Source: Candidatus Acidiferrum sp. (GTDB taxonomy: Bacteria > Acidobacteriota > Terriglobia > Acidiferrales > UBA7541). Taken from it: 64,000 nt of DNA. A program made the position numbers and the translations under genes. The notes beneath the pieces were generated by a model. The model had not been told where the DNA came from. It worked only from the letters and a program-made list of their open reading frames with translations, and did not search any database. This document shows positions 28,170 through 40,597 of the stretch, piece by piece. The stretch covers positions 529 to 64,528 of the forward strand of contig DASXMB010000054.1 of the NCBI GenBank assembly GCA_036495905.1. Reading direction: 5' to 3'. Each line of letters begins with the position of its first letter. Position 1 is the stretch's first letter.

Positions 28170-28421
28170 TTATTTTTTTGCGGCGGATTCGGCTTTTGCG
28201 GCTTCCACTTTGGCTGCAGCGTTGGCGTACTTCTTCTGGAAACGCTCGACGCGGCCGGCGGTATCGATCAGCTTCTGCTTGCCGGTGAAGAAGGGATGGC
28301 AATTCGAGCAGATTTCGACGCGCAGCATATCGCCCTTCATGGTGGAGCGAGTGGAGAAATTATGTCCGCAGGCGCAATGGACAGTTACGGAGTGATAGTC
28401 GGGGTGAATACCGGGTTTCAT
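28170..28421 (-). CDS. rpmE: 50S ribosomal protein L31
   Basis: [65 protein letters not shown].... Start at ATG 28421, within the longer track ORF. Confidence 0.9.
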   Translation of the reverse strand: MKPGIHPDYHSVTVHCACGHNFSTRSTMKGDMLRVEICSNCHPFFTGKQKLIDTAGRVERFQKKYANAAAKVEAAKAESAAKK

Positions 28422-28691
28422 GGTGGCTCCATTTCGTCGCGTCCGGTCTGCACGGCCATCCGGGAGTCCGGAGAATACGGCCGCGTCGCTAGGTCGCGAG
28501 CAATCACATATTATACGCGAGGCGGCGAGAAAACCAAAATCGGGGTAGTGTTTCAGCTTGAATCTCGGATTTGGAGGGAAAGCGTAGTTATTGGTCAGAC
28601 CCGCAGGGCGGCGCACAGATTGTGTCCAAGCCCACTTCCGCGCAACCAGGGCTTAAGCTATTCTGAAAAACTTGGGAAGGAGATTTGCAGC

Positions 28692-29225
28692 ATGGCGAAA
28701 CTTGTCTTCGGAATGAGCCAGTCTCTGGATGGCTATGTCGACCACATGAAGTTGGGGCCCCCTGCGCCCCTGGCCTTTCGCCACTTCGTCGAGCATGTGC
28801 GTGCCCTGACGGGCTGCATCTATGGTCGCGGCCTTTACGAGATCATGCGTTATTGGGACGAAGACCTTCCCGACTGGGACGCGGAGGAACGCGACTTCGC
28901 GGCGGCGTGGCGGAGCCAGCCGAAGTGCGTCGTGTCGCGTTCGCTCAAATCAGTTGGCCCCAACGCCACGCTGGTCGCGGAGGACTTCGAGGCGGCGATA
29001 CGCAAGCTGAAGGCTGAACTGGCGGGCGAGATTGACGTTGGCGGCCCGGTCCTGGCGCGAAGCCTGAGCGACGCTGGTCTTATCGATGAGTATCGACTCT
29101 ACCTCCGCCCCGTTGTGCTTGGCAGCGGCACGCCATTCTTCGCCGGCCCGCGGCCGCCGCTCCATCTGGTGGGCACCGATCTCATCGCCGAGGACCTGAT
29201 TCGGTTGACGTACGTTCCCGCTTAA
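28692..29225 (+). CDS. Dihydrofolate-reductase-like (RibD C-terminal domain) family protein
   Basis: MAKLVFGMSQSLDGYV...GRGLYEIM...IDEYRLYLRPVVLGSGTPFF, 177 aa, GGAG RBS. The upstream part of the track ORF is antisense to rpmE. Confidence 0.8.
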   Translation: MAKLVFGMSQSLDGYVDHMKLGPPAPLAFRHFVEHVRALTGCIYGRGLYEIMRYWDEDLPDWDAEERDFAAAWRSQPKCVVSRSLKSVGPNATLVAEDFEAAIRKLKAELAGEIDVGGPVLARSLSDAGLIDEYRLYLRPVVLGSGTPFFAGPRPPLHLVGTDLIAEDLIRLTYVPA

Positions 29226-29365
29226 TCGCGCAACTCGCCCGGCGGACTGCGCCGGGGCGCGAGGTCCATTTTGGGTCATGGGCGAAAATTCAAACTGAGA
29301 CACTACCAGAATCGGCGTTTTTTGATGCGCGACGCGGTTTGCGATGCGGGGAAATGTCTGGTCCA

Positions 29366-30082
29366 ATGAAAGGCGTGGGCCTGGCCAGGAAAAAATTGTC
29401 GCCGCGCATACTCATTTTTGATGTAGACGGCGTTTTGGTCGATGTTCGCGGGACATTTTGGCGATCGGCGCTGCAAACGGTGCGGCAGTTGAGCGGCAAG
29501 CGGGTCACTTATGCTGAACTGCATAAATGGAAAAACAAGCCTGGGTACAACGACGACTGGCGGCTAACGGCGGACTGGGTGACATCGTTGGGCCGGCCGA
29601 CTTCTTACGCCGAGGCGCGAGCGGCGTTTGAAAAATTTTACTGGGGCAGCAACGGAACGCCGGGAAATGTGCGAAACGAGAAGTTCTTGCTCAGCGCGCG
29701 GCAGGTCGAATTGTGGGCGAAGCGGTATGAGCTAGATTTATTCACGGGGCGTACGCGGAAGGAGTTTTCCGCGACTTTTAACGGATGGGTTGGAGCGGCA
29801 AGCTTCAAAACTGCGGTGACTATGGACGATGTAAAGCGGATTAAGCCAGACCCGGAAGGCTTGCTGAAAATTTTGGCAGGACGCGATCCGCGCACCGCGC
29901 TGTACTTAGGCGATAATATTGATGACGGGTTGGCGGCGCGGGCTGCGGGAGTTCCGTTTGTGGCGATTTTGCCGGCGGATACGCCCGGGTATCGGGTGCG
30001 GGCCGAACATTTTCGGAAGCTGGGAGCGGTTGCGCTGCTGCCACGGGCCGGAGCGCTGAGAACGTGGCTGCCGCCGGGCTAA
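29366..30082 (+). CDS. HAD-superfamily hydrolase
   Basis: Motif I ILIFDVDGVLVDV and motif IV LYLGDNIDDGLAA. The start is ambiguous (TTG 29339, ATG 29354 or ATG 29366). Confidence 0.7.
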   Translation: MKGVGLARKKLSPRILIFDVDGVLVDVRGTFWRSALQTVRQLSGKRVTYAELHKWKNKPGYNDDWRLTADWVTSLGRPTSYAEARAAFEKFYWGSNGTPGNVRNEKFLLSARQVELWAKRYELDLFTGRTRKEFSATFNGWVGAASFKTAVTMDDVKRIKPDPEGLLKILAGRDPRTALYLGDNIDDGLAARAAGVPFVAILPADTPGYRVRAEHFRKLGAVALLPRAGALRTWLPPG

Positions 30083-30196
30083 CTTTGCAGCAAGCAACCC
30101 TTTGGCGCCGAAATTTTCTCTAACTTTGAGGAATGCTTTTGCGCGGGAACTATCAGGCGCTGGTTTGGGAATGATTCCGTTAAAGCAGGATTCGCA

Positions 30197-30952
30197 ATGC
30201 GACTAACCATGAAGGCGGCGAAAAATATTTCGTTTTGGGCGATTGGCGTTTTGAGCGCGGCGTGTCTGCTGTCGGCCGGAACTATTTGCGGCCAAGCCCC
30301 GCCTGGGCCGTTGCCGGCTGCGCCGTCTCGAGATCCACTGCCGCCTCCCGCCAAAGTGAAACCGCAAAAAGGACCGGTGCAGGCGAGGACATCCATCTTT
30401 GGTGAATGGAAGCTCGATCCCGAAGACAGCGATGATGCACAGAAAAAAATAGGGCAGGCGCGCAGCAGCGGGAGTTCTGGCGGGGGAAATCGGCGCATAG
30501 GCGGAGGATATCCGGGCGGAGGCTTAGGTGGCGGCAGGCGCGGAGGATCGGACAGCGAAGACGGTGGAGACCCGCAGAAAATGCGAGAGCTTTACAATCC
30601 GCCGGGATCATTGAGATTGGTGCAGAACGACCCAAAGGGTCCGGAAATAGATGTTATCGACGATCAAAATCACAAATTGGCGCTTTTTACGGATGGGCGG
30701 AAAGTGCAGAAGTCGAAAGACCCGGCGTACGAGGAATACGACGCGCACTGGGACAGCAATCGTTTGGTAACCGACGAAAAAGATCCGCACGGGCATAAGA
30801 TGAATCGTACGTATGAGTTATCGTACGACGGGCTGCAACTGTATGAGACTTTGCACATGACCACGGGGCGATCGCAGACGCCTTTAATCATTCGCTATGT
30901 ATTTGAGCCGAGTGGCGTAACGGTGCCGACGCCGACTGCTCCCGCCAACTAA
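30197..30952 (+). CDS. Hypothetical secreted protein with a Gly/Arg-rich linker
   Basis: Signal peptide (MRLTMKAAKNISFWAIGVLSAACLLSA), a low-complexity GGGNRRIGGGYPGGGLGGGRRGG stretch, then a folded-looking C-terminal half. No family recognised. Confidence 0.5.
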   Translation: MRLTMKAAKNISFWAIGVLSAACLLSAGTICGQAPPGPLPAAPSRDPLPPPAKVKPQKGPVQARTSIFGEWKLDPEDSDDAQKKIGQARSSGSSGGGNRRIGGGYPGGGLGGGRRGGSDSEDGGDPQKMRELYNPPGSLRLVQNDPKGPEIDVIDDQNHKLALFTDGRKVQKSKDPAYEEYDAHWDSNRLVTDEKDPHGHKMNRTYELSYDGLQLYETLHMTTGRSQTPLIIRYVFEPSGVTVPTPTAPAN

Positions 30953-31045
30953 GTAGTCCATTTCCAATCCATTGCAAATTCTTTCGGTGCGGGCGCGTGC
31001 CGTTAGGTTGAGGAGCATTTTTTCCTCATCAATCAACCAGTTACG

Positions 31046-31075
31046 TTGACGGAATGCGGCGACGGATGCTATAAA
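31046..31075 (+). promoter_or_regulatory. Sigma70-like promoter upstream of the atp operon
   Basis: TTGACG (31046-31051), 18 nt spacer, TATAAA (31070-31075), about 95 nt upstream of the first atp gene. Confidence 0.4.
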
Positions 31076-31167
31076 ATATCCTCTCAGGACGGCAGCTCCA
31101 GGCCCACCGTTGCACAGGTGGAGTGCGCGGCGCGGCTGCTAATCTTGGAACTCGGCGACACAACTTA

Positions 31168-31641
31168 ATGCACGGACTTGGTCACCAACTCGGCGAACTG
31201 TTCCTTCAGGCTGTGCCTATTGTCCTGATAATTTTGGTTTTTTGCGGCGTGTTGCGGACGCTGTTTTTTGGCCCGCTGCTGAAAGTGATGGCGGAGCGCG
31301 ACGCGCGGACGGTCGGCGCGCAAAAAGCGGCGGAGGCGGCACAGGCGGCTGCGGCAGAAAAGGTAAAGCAATATCAGGAAGCCTTGCGGCAGGCGCGCGC
31401 ACAGGTTTATGCCGAGCAGGAAGCTGGTCGCAAGAAATTATTGGATGAACGGGCGGCGCAACTGAAAGATGCTCGCGCGAAAGCCGGCGCGGAAGTGGCG
31501 GCGGCGAAAGAACGGGTTGCGCGCGAGATGGATGCGGCGCGCCGCGATGTGGAAGCGAGCGTTGGACAATTGTCGGCGGAAATCGCGCGACGCGTGCTGC
31601 AAAATCCGCCAGCGGGTTCCCTTCCGAAAGAGGCGCGATGA
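31168..31641 (+). CDS. F0F1 ATP synthase subunit b' (second b-type stalk subunit)
   Basis: A single N-terminal TM helix followed by a long Ala/Glu/Arg/Lys helix. The stop overlaps the next start (ATGA at 31638-31641). Confidence 0.75.
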   Translation: MHGLGHQLGELFLQAVPIVLIILVFCGVLRTLFFGPLLKVMAERDARTVGAQKAAEAAQAAAAEKVKQYQEALRQARAQVYAEQEAGRKKLLDERAAQLKDARAKAGAEVAAAKERVAREMDAARRDVEASVGQLSAEIARRVLQNPPAGSLPKEAR

Positions 31642-32222
31642 GACATCTGCGAACATTCGGCGTTATCTGCATCAGTTTATTTTTTGGGCTGCTTATGACC
31701 GTTGCAAGCACTCGCGCCGCCGAAGGCGGCGATTCCGCGAATTCTGGCGTCACGGAACTTTTCAAGTGGATCAATTTCGCAATCCTGGCGGGCTTGGTGC
31801 TGTGGGTTTTCGGGAAAGTGCTGCCGCCGACGTTCCGCGGCCGGGCACAAACGATCAGTTCAGCGATCAGCAAATCGACAGCGGCGAAGGTTGAAGCCGA
31901 CCGTCAACTTCGCGAAGCGGAAGACAGACTGGCGAAACTGGAGCAGGAAGTTGCACAGCTTCGAGAAGAAGCGAAACGGGACGGCGTCGCTGAAGCCGAC
32001 CGTATTCGCAAAGCGTCGCAGAGCGATGCGGAACGAATCGCTATCGCGGCACAAGTGGAAATTGAGGCGGCAGAGCGTTCGGCTCGGCTGGAACTGAAAG
32101 CGATTGCGGCGAAACTGGCTGTGGACGGCGCGGAAAATCTGCTGGCGCAGCAACTAACTCCGAAGGCACAAGAATCGTTGGTGGCGGCTTTTGTGAAGAG
32201 TCTTGATGGGAGACCGAATTGA
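31638..32222 (+). CDS. atpF: F0F1 ATP synthase subunit b
   Basis: TM helix plus a coiled-coil stalk sequence (…REAEDRLAKLEQEVAQLREEAKRDG…), positioned directly before the delta subunit. Confidence 0.8.
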   Translation: MRHLRTFGVICISLFFGLLMTVASTRAAEGGDSANSGVTELFKWINFAILAGLVLWVFGKVLPPTFRGRAQTISSAISKSTAAKVEADRQLREAEDRLAKLEQEVAQLREEAKRDGVAEADRIRKASQSDAERIAIAAQVEIEAAERSARLELKAIAAKLAVDGAENLLAQQLTPKAQESLVAAFVKSLDGRPN

Positions 32223-32755
32223 GCTCGGCTAGTCTGCAATACGCGAATGCCCTCGCGGACGTGGCGCTGGATCAAGGCGCGGCCGAGCCCGTTCTTAAAC
32301 AGCTTGGGGCATTCGGGGCCGCATACGAAGAGTCTGCAGAGCTGCGGAATTTTTTGTCGAGCCCTGCGGTCGGCCGCGAGGCCAAGCACGGGGTAATCGA
32401 AAAACTGATCGCGCGGCTAGGCGCCAGCAAAATTTTACGCAATTTTCTGTTTGTGATTTCCGACCGGCATCGCATGCACATTTTGCCGGAAGTGATCACG
32501 GCCTTCCAAGAAGTGATTCGGCAGCGGCAAGGTGTTACTGAGGCGGAGATTTCGTCGCCCACGGAACTAAGTGCGACACAAAAAACGGAATTCGGCAAAG
32601 TGCTGGCGCGGCTTACCGGAAAGCGCGTGGAAGCAAAATATTCGCTTGATCCCACATTGTTGGGCGGAGCGGTGGTGCGCATCGGCGACACGATTTACGA
32701 CGGGTCCTTGCGCAACCAGTTGGATGGATTGCGTGCGCGGCTGGCGGCAGAATAA
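32219..32755 (+). CDS. atpH: F0F1 ATP synthase subunit delta (OSCP)
   Basis: 178 aa, TTG start overlapping the atpF stop (TTGA). SLQYANALADVALDQG...LLGGAVVRIGDTIYDGSLRNQL is typical of delta. Confidence 0.85.
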   Translation: MSSASLQYANALADVALDQGAAEPVLKQLGAFGAAYEESAELRNFLSSPAVGREAKHGVIEKLIARLGASKILRNFLFVISDRHRMHILPEVITAFQEVIRQRQGVTEAEISSPTELSATQKTEFGKVLARLTGKRVEAKYSLDPTLLGGAVVRIGDTIYDGSLRNQLDGLRARLAAE

Positions 32756-32844
32756 ATTTTTGTGAAGCGGTTGCGGTAAGAGATGTTGTGTTTCAGCGAG
32801 TTCGGGAATTAGGTTAGTTGCGCTTTTTGGCGCACGGAGCAGGA

Positions 32845-34386
32845 ATGGCGAATATCAAGGCAGACGAAATCAGTAAGATTCTGCGCGAGCAGATCGAAAA
32901 CTACGAACAGGCCGTGGCGGTGGACGAGGTTGGCGCAATCGTCAGTGTGGGCGACGGAATCGCGCGTATCCACGGACTCGAAAAAGTGATGTCCGGCGAA
33001 ATGCTGGCGTTCCCGCACAACATTTTCGGCATTGCGCTGAACCTGGAAGAAGACGAAGTCGGCGCGGTGCTGCTGGCGGAATCGGCGGAACTGAAGGAAG
33101 GCGATACCGTCAAGCGCACCAACACGATTATGTCGGTGCCGGTTGGCGAAGGCTTGATCGGGCGCGTGGTCAATCCGATTGGCGAACCGCTGGATGACAA
33201 AGGGCCGATCGTCGCAAAGCAACGCAATCCTCTGGAGCGCATCGCTCCCGGCGTGTTGGATCGTCAACCAGTACGCGAACCGCTACAGACCGGTATCAAG
33301 GCGATCGATTCCATGATTCCGATTGGCCGCGGCCAGCGCGAGTTAATCATTGGCGACCGCCAAACCGGTAAGACCGCCGTCATTCTGGACACCATCATCA
33401 ATCAAAAGGGGAGCGGCGTAATTTGTATTTACTGCGCGATCGGCCAGAAGCGCTCCACGATTGCGCAAGTTGTGAAAGTGCTCACCGACGCGGGCGCGAT
33501 GGATTACACCATCATCGTTGCATCGTCTGCGTCCGAGCCGGCTTCGGTGCAGTACATCGCGCCGTACGCGGCATGCGCGATCGGCGAATACTTCCGCGAC
33601 ACCAAGCGCCACGCGGTGACTTTTTACGACGACCTTTCCAAGCACGCGCAGGCCTATCGCGAAATTTCTTTGCTGTTGCGCCGCCCACCGGGGCGCGAAG
33701 CGTTCCCCGGCGACGTGTTTTATCTGCACTCGCGCCTGCTGGAACGCGCCGCGAAATTGAACGACAAGTTGGGGGCGGGTTCGCTGACTTCTCTGCCGGT
33801 TATCGAAACACAGGCCGGTGACGTTTCTGCGTATATTCCGACGAACGTAATTTCCATTACCGACGGCCAGATTTATCTAGAAGCGGACTTGTTCAACGCA
33901 GGTATTCGCCCTGCCATCAACGTGGGTATTTCGGTAAGTCGTGTCGGCGGCAACGCGCAAATCAAAGCAATGCGGCAAGTCGCCGGTTCTCTGCGGCTGG
34001 ACATGGCGCAATATCGAGATTTGGCGGCATTTGCGCAGTTCGGTTCCGACCAGTTGGACAAGGCGACGCAGGCGCAGTTGGGCCGCGGTCAACGGCTGAC
34101 GGAAATCTTGAAGCAGGATCAGTACGTTCCGTTGTCGGTCGAAAAACAAGTGCTCAGCATTTATGTGGCGACCAGCGGCGCGCTGGACAATATTCCTGTC
34201 GAAGACGTGCGCCGATTTGAACGCGAATTTTTGCAGTACGTCGAAAGCAATGTGTCGAACATTTTGAAGAGCATCGCGGAAAAGAAAGCTCTGGATGACG
34301 GCATCAAAGCGGAGATCAAGAAAGCGCTCGACGCCTTCAAAGAGCGGTTTGCTCCTGCTCCGGCGGCAGCAGCGGCGGCGAAATAA
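32845..34386 (+). CDS. atpA: F0F1 ATP synthase subunit alpha
   Basis: [21 protein letters not shown]..., P-loop GDRQTGKTA, and ...[31 protein letters not shown]. Confidence 0.95.
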   Translation: MANIKADEISKILREQIENYEQAVAVDEVGAIVSVGDGIARIHGLEKVMSGEMLAFPHNIFGIALNLEEDEVGAVLLAESAELKEGDTVKRTNTIMSVPVGEGLIGRVVNPIGEPLDDKGPIVAKQRNPLERIAPGVLDRQPVREPLQTGIKAIDSMIPIGRGQRELIIGDRQTGKTAVILDTIINQKGSGVICIYCAIGQKRSTIAQVVKVLTDAGAMDYTIIVASSASEPASVQYIAPYAACAIGEYFRDTKRHAVTFYDDLSKHAQAYREISLLLRRPPGREAFPGDVFYLHSRLLERAAKLNDKLGAGSLTSLPVIETQAGDVSAYIPTNVISITDGQIYLEADLFNAGIRPAINVGISVSRVGGNAQIKAMRQVAGSLRLDMAQYRDLAAFAQFGSDQLDKATQAQLGRGQRLTEILKQDQYVPLSVEKQVLSIYVATSGALDNIPVEDVRRFEREFLQYVESNVSNILKSIAEKKALDDGIKAEIKKALDAFKERFAPAPAAAAAAK

Positions 34387-34406
34387 GGCGAACGCAGCGA
34401 TAGATC

Positions 34407-35297
34407 ATGCCCACACTTCTTGATTTCCGGCGTCGCATCCGCTCGGTGAAAAACACCCAGCAGATCACCCGCGCAATGAAGTTCGTCGCCGCGGCCCGGT
34501 TGCGGCGCGCGCAAGAAGCGGCGTTGGCGGCGCGCCCCTATGCGCAGGAACTCGCCAGACTTTTGCGCTCCATCATGGCGCGTATTCAAGAGCCGGAGCA
34601 TCCCTTGCTGGAAAAGCGCCCGGAAGAAAACATATTGGCCATTGTGCTGACGGGCGAGCGTGGCTTGGCCGGCGCCTTCAACAGCAACATTTTGCGCAAA
34701 GCGAATGAATTCTTTCGCGGCCACAAAGGTAAGAAAATCACCACGATCCCGGTCGGCAAAAAAGGCCGCGATTCGCTGAAAAAGGCCGGTTTTGAGTTCG
34801 CCGGCGAATACATTAACGTGCTGGCGCGAGTAGATTTCAAGACCGCGCGGGAAATTGCGGCGTTGGTTACGGAACTGTACGCCAAGCGCAAAGTCGATTC
34901 GGTCTACATCGTGTTCAGCGAATTCAAAACGGTGATGACGCCAAACCTCGTGGTGGAAAAACTGTTGCCGGTAGAAGCGATTCGCGAAGAAAAAGACGTG
35001 GACGAAAAAAAGAAGGATGCGGCGCACCCGGAAACGCAAGTTGACTACATTTACGAGCAACCACCGGAGAAATTACTGGGCAAGCTGCTGCCGCGCTACA
35101 TCGAAACCCAATTGCTGCGCGCCATGCTGGAATCATCGGCGGCCGAACACGCCGCTCGCATGACGGCAATGGAATCCGCGACCAACAACGCCGGCGACGT
35201 AATCGATGCGCTGACGTTGCATATGAACAAGGTTCGGCAAGCGGCCATTACCAAGGAAATTATTGAGATTGTTAGCGGCGCGACTTACGGAACGTAG
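34407..35297 (+). CDS. atpG: F0F1 ATP synthase subunit gamma
   Basis: MPTLLDFRRRIRSVKNTQQITRAMKFVAAARLRRAQE...NKVRQAAITKEIIEIVSGA. Confidence 0.9.
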   Translation: MPTLLDFRRRIRSVKNTQQITRAMKFVAAARLRRAQEAALAARPYAQELARLLRSIMARIQEPEHPLLEKRPEENILAIVLTGERGLAGAFNSNILRKANEFFRGHKGKKITTIPVGKKGRDSLKKAGFEFAGEYINVLARVDFKTAREIAALVTELYAKRKVDSVYIVFSEFKTVMTPNLVVEKLLPVEAIREEKDVDEKKKDAAHPETQVDYIYEQPPEKLLGKLLPRYIETQLLRAMLESSAAEHAARMTAMESATNNAGDVIDALTLHMNKVRQAAITKEIIEIVSGATYGT

Positions 35298-35300
35298 ATT

Positions 35301-35325
35301 GGTGACTGGTGATCGGTGACTAGTG
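35301..35325 (+). repeat. Left arm of the inverted repeat flanking the four-helix-bundle gene
   Basis: GGTGACTGGTGATCGGTGACTAGTG. It is complementary at 21 of 25 positions to 35709-35733. Confidence 0.6.
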
Positions 35326-35329
35326 ACTG

Positions 35330-37205
<1,876 letters not shown>

Positions 37206-37209
37206 CGGC

Positions 37210-37650
37210 ATGCTTCCTGAATCGATCGAGCTGGTCATCGTGACGCCGGAGCGGCAATTGCTTCGCGAAGGAGCCGTGGAAGTGGTGCTTCCTGGCGCGG
37301 ACGGCTGCCTGGGAGTTTTGCCTGGGCACGCTCCGCTAATCACGGAGCTCGGCATCGGCGAGATGACCTATCGCGCGAAAGGCGGCGGCGAGCCGGTGCA
37401 CCTGGCGATCATTCAAGGCTTCGCGGAAGTTTTGGGCGATCGCGTTACCGTGCTCGCGGAAATGGCGGAGCGTCCTGAAGAGATTGACGTTGCGCGCGCG
37501 GAAGAAGCGTTGAAGCGCGCGGAAAAGCGGTTGGCTTCGAGTGCGCAAGATCCTCAGATCGACTGGGGACGCGCATCCATCGCGTTGCAACGCTCCAATA
37601 TCCGTCTGCAAGTCGCGCGGAGACGCCGTGGCGCTCCGATGAGTTCTTGA
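37210..37650 (+). CDS. atpC: F0F1 ATP synthase subunit epsilon
   Basis: 146 aa, LVIVTPERQLL...VLPGADGCLGVLPGHAPLITEL..., last gene of the operon. Confidence 0.9.
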   Translation: MLPESIELVIVTPERQLLREGAVEVVLPGADGCLGVLPGHAPLITELGIGEMTYRAKGGGEPVHLAIIQGFAEVLGDRVTVLAEMAERPEEIDVARAEEALKRAEKRLASSAQDPQIDWGRASIALQRSNIRLQVARRRRGAPMSS

Positions 37651-37728
37651 CGCGCAACGCTTAAGTTCTCGTTCCACTATAATAAGAAATTGCGGAGCGG
37701 CGACCTCCGCGCCCCAGCAGGAGCCAGC

Positions 37729-37983
37729 ATGGATCCGATTACGATGTACAGCACGAGGTGGTGCCCGGATTGCCGGCGGGCGAAAAACTTCCTGAAAGAG
37801 CACGGCGTTGAGGTTCGTGAAGTGAATATCGAGGACGATCCATCCGCCGAAACGATCGTAATCAAGGCCAACAATGGAAAGCGCAAAGTGCCGACGATTA
37901 AGGTTGGCGATCGCTACTTCGCGTGTAGTCCGTTCAACCCCAATCAGCTTGCTGCCGAACTCAACATTCCGCTAAATCCGTGA
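37729..37983 (+). CDS. Glutaredoxin-like (NrdH/mycoredoxin-type) small redox protein
   Basis: MDPITMYSTRWCPDCRRAKNFLKEHGVEVREVNIEDD...KVPTIKVGD, with a CPDC active site in a thioredoxin-fold context. Confidence 0.75.
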   Translation: MDPITMYSTRWCPDCRRAKNFLKEHGVEVREVNIEDDPSAETIVIKANNGKRKVPTIKVGDRYFACSPFNPNQLAAELNIPLNP

Positions 37984-38002
37984 GTTCTTACGATGCCCCT
38001 AG

Positions 38003-39169
38003 CTAATTCAGCGGAATCCCGCGCGTCCACACATTCGCAATTTGCAAGGCTTCGTCCAGCAGCACAATATCCGCATCCGCGCCAGTGCGCAGCACACCCT
38101 TCTTAAATTCCAAGCCCAGCAGCTTGGCTGGATTCTCGGTAAGCATGCGCAACCCATCGCTAAGCGGTCTTCCCAAAGCCACGATGTTGCGCAGAGCGCG
38201 GTCCAGCGTAAGCGTGCTGCCGGCCAGTTTCCCTTCGAAGTTGCGAGCCACTCCGCCCGCGACATTCACCGCGAAGTTTCCCAACCGGTATACGCCGTCC
38301 GGCATCCCAGTGGCGGAAACTCCATCACTCACCAGAATCACGCAACCCGCGCCTTTGGCTTGCAGAAGCACACGAATGGCAGCTTCTTCCACATGCACAC
38401 CATCCGCGATCAGTTCCGCGGTCACTTCCGGCGAGGTAAGCACGGCGCCAACTACGCCACTATCGCGATGCGAAAATGGCCGCATGGCGTTATACACATG
38501 CACCGCGTGGCGCGCGCCGCGCGCGATTGCCAGCCGTGCCTGCTCATAGGTCGCATCGGTGTGGCCCAGTGCCACGACCAATCCTGCCGTTCGCGCCGCA
38601 TCAATACAGGGCATTGCGCCAAGCACCTCCGGCGCAATCGTCAGAATTCTCGCATTCCCTGCGGCGGCGTCCAGAAACCTCTGCAAAAGTTCCGCGGAGG
38701 GCAGCTGAATCCATTCTTCCAGATGCACCCCGCGCCGCGCCTTGCTGATAAAAGGGCCTTCGAAGTGAATCCCTAAAACATCTGCACGATTATCTCCAGC
38801 GCTATGCTGTTGCGCGATGTAGCCCGCAATGCCTTGCACACTGCGACAGGTATCGTCGGCGCTGGCAGTCACGGTGGTCGCTAAGATAGAAGTGGTGCCG
38901 TGCCTGGCCACCGTCCGTGTTACGGCCGCCATTGCTTCCGCCGTGCCTTCCATCACATCGCGGCCGCCGGCGCCGTGAATGTGCACATCCACAAAGCCTG
39001 GAACTGCGATGCGCCCGGGCGCGGAAATCTCCGCGGCCCCCGCAGGCAATTCCATGCCGTCGCGCGGTCCGATGGCCTCAATCACTCCATCGCGAATCAA
39101 AATGCCCGCGTCCGCGATTTCCATGGCCGGTGTAAATGCGCGGCCGGTGTGCAGCAAGGTGGTCGTCAT
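38003..39169 (-). CDS. nagA: N-acetylglucosamine-6-phosphate deacetylase
   Basis: 388 aa, PGFVDVHIHGAGG...HFEGPFIS...LGHTDATYE...HVYNAM, amidohydrolase/NagA blocks. Confidence 0.85.
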   Translation of the reverse strand: MTTTLLHTGRAFTPAMEIADAGILIRDGVIEAIGPRDGMELPAGAAEISAPGRIAVPGFVDVHIHGAGGRDVMEGTAEAMAAVTRTVARHGTTSILATTVTASADDTCRSVQGIAGYIAQQHSAGDNRADVLGIHFEGPFISKARRGVHLEEWIQLPSAELLQRFLDAAAGNARILTIAPEVLGAMPCIDAARTAGLVVALGHTDATYEQARLAIARGARHAVHVYNAMRPFSHRDSGVVGAVLTSPEVTAELIADGVHVEEAAIRVLLQAKGAGCVILVSDGVSATGMPDGVYRLGNFAVNVAGGVARNFEGKLAGSTLTLDRALRNIVALGRPLSDGLRMLTENPAKLLGLEFKKGVLRTGADADIVLLDEALQIANVWTRGIPLN

Positions 39170-39202
39170 GGCAGATCTTTATCGTAGCGGAATTGTGTCC
39201 CG

Positions 39203-39243
39203 CCACAAAAACAAAACGGGCGAAGCCGAAGCTCCGCCCGTTT
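39203..39243 (-). terminator. Intrinsic terminator after the small secreted-protein gene
   Basis: On the minus strand: AAACGGGCG-gagcttcggctt-CGCCCGTTT followed by TGTTTTTGTGG. Confidence 0.5.
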
Positions 39244-39260
39244 GCAAATCGAGTGAAAAT

Positions 39261-39587
39261 TTATTTCTTGGCGGGAACCATCTCGATGCTGCTCAATTTC
39301 ATCGAATCTCCGTCTACCGTACCCGTAACGGTAACGTGATGCCCGGCATGTTCCGCCACTTTCGCTTGATCGTCGATCGCGTAAACCTTCTTGTCTCCAT
39401 CGCTCACGAAGACATATTTCGCGCCTTCTTTCACACACTTGATCGTGCACTCCCGCGCGCCGTCATGCGCAGCCTGCACATTGCACTTGCTGTCCGCGAT
39501 ATATCCCGTGAAGCTGCTGTTTGCGGCAACGGCGATCAGTCCTGCAAATAGCATTGCTGCCAATCCCATCGTCAAACGTATCTTCAT
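39261..39587 (-). CDS. Hypothetical small secreted protein
   Basis: GGAGAA RBS, MKIRLTMGLAAMLFAGLIAVAANS signal peptide, and a mature part containing Cys residues (CNVQAAHDGARECTIKC). Confidence 0.5.
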   Translation of the reverse strand: MKIRLTMGLAAMLFAGLIAVAANSSFTGYIADSKCNVQAAHDGARECTIKCVKEGAKYVFVSDGDKKVYAIDDQAKVAEHAGHHVTVTGTVDGDSMKLSSIEMVPAKK

Positions 39588-39751
39588 AAATTCTCCTTCG
39601 AAGCAGGAATTTCCATGCGCGTAAGGCTTTAACTCGCTAGATTGGCACACCGCGCAGCGCCATGTCTACACTGGTGCCAAAACAGGCCAGCCAAACAAAA
39701 AGGAGAGAATTCTCGCGAATCCTCCCCTCGAAAACCAACTCCATTATCTTT

Positions 39752-40597
39752 TTACTGGCCGCCGGTGTTTGATGCCGTCGCCGAAGGTGCGCCCGCTCCC
39801 TTGGGAATGCTCAGGTAGCCAGACGCCGTCGTCTTGCTGACTTTGTTGACCACCAGTTCCAGAGCTGCGTGGCTTCCGCCAGTGTAGAAGAAAATCGGTT
39901 CATTCACCGAACGGTTTTTCTTTTCGAAGTTCTTGTCATCCGCCAGTACATTCAGAGTGAACTGGTTCTTCTTGGTGTTGGTGTCCTTCAGTTCCACTTG
40001 TACCGAACCAACTTTTTGCGCGCCGCTCTTGCGGGTAACCGTGAATTCATAATAATCGCGCTGGCCCATCCGGCGGAGAGTATCGATCTCGTCGTGATTC
40101 CGGGCGATTAGCGTGCCCATTTCGCTGCGTGCCATCTGAATACTGTTCTTGGTGGCATCCAGGTCGCCCTTCACTCCGGTCACGTCGCCATTGAGCTTGT
40201 TGACGTCGTCCACATTCGCTTTGGTGGCCAGCTGCGTGTTCACCGACGACTCCAATCCAGTCAGCTTCTTGCCCACCGATGCGTTCACCGCGCTCGTCTG
40301 CCGGCGCGCCGAAACCAAATCTTCGTGCGTCATATTCAACTTGTCGGTCACCGTCTTGAGATCGCTTTGCAGTTGCTGGTTGATTTCATCTTCTTTCGCC
40401 AGGCGCTGCGTGAGAGCTTCGTTGGATTGCTTCAACGTAGCCTGCGTCGTCTGATCGATGCTGTTCGCATGATTCATCGCGCTCCAGCCCACACCCAAGC
40501 CCAACAGGGCAACGACGCCCAGAACGCCGACCGCTAGACCCACCCATCGAGGTGTCCCGGTGGCCGTATGGTGAATTGGCTCTTGAAAGTCGCTCAT
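39752..40597 (-). CDS. Hypothetical membrane-anchored coiled-coil protein
   Basis: One TM helix (WVGLAVGVLGVVALLGLGVGW), a long coiled-coil region and a C-terminal beta-rich domain. No family recognised. Confidence 0.5.
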   Translation of the reverse strand: MSDFQEPIHHTATGTPRWVGLAVGVLGVVALLGLGVGWSAMNHANSIDQTTQATLKQSNEALTQRLAKEDEINQQLQSDLKTVTDKLNMTHEDLVSARRQTSAVNASVGKKLTGLESSVNTQLATKANVDDVNKLNGDVTGVKGDLDATKNSIQMARSEMGTLIARNHDEIDTLRRMGQRDYYEFTVTRKSGAQKVGSVQVELKDTNTKKNQFTLNVLADDKNFEKKNRSVNEPIFFYTGGSHAALELVVNKVSKTTASGYLSIPKGAGAPSATASNTGGQ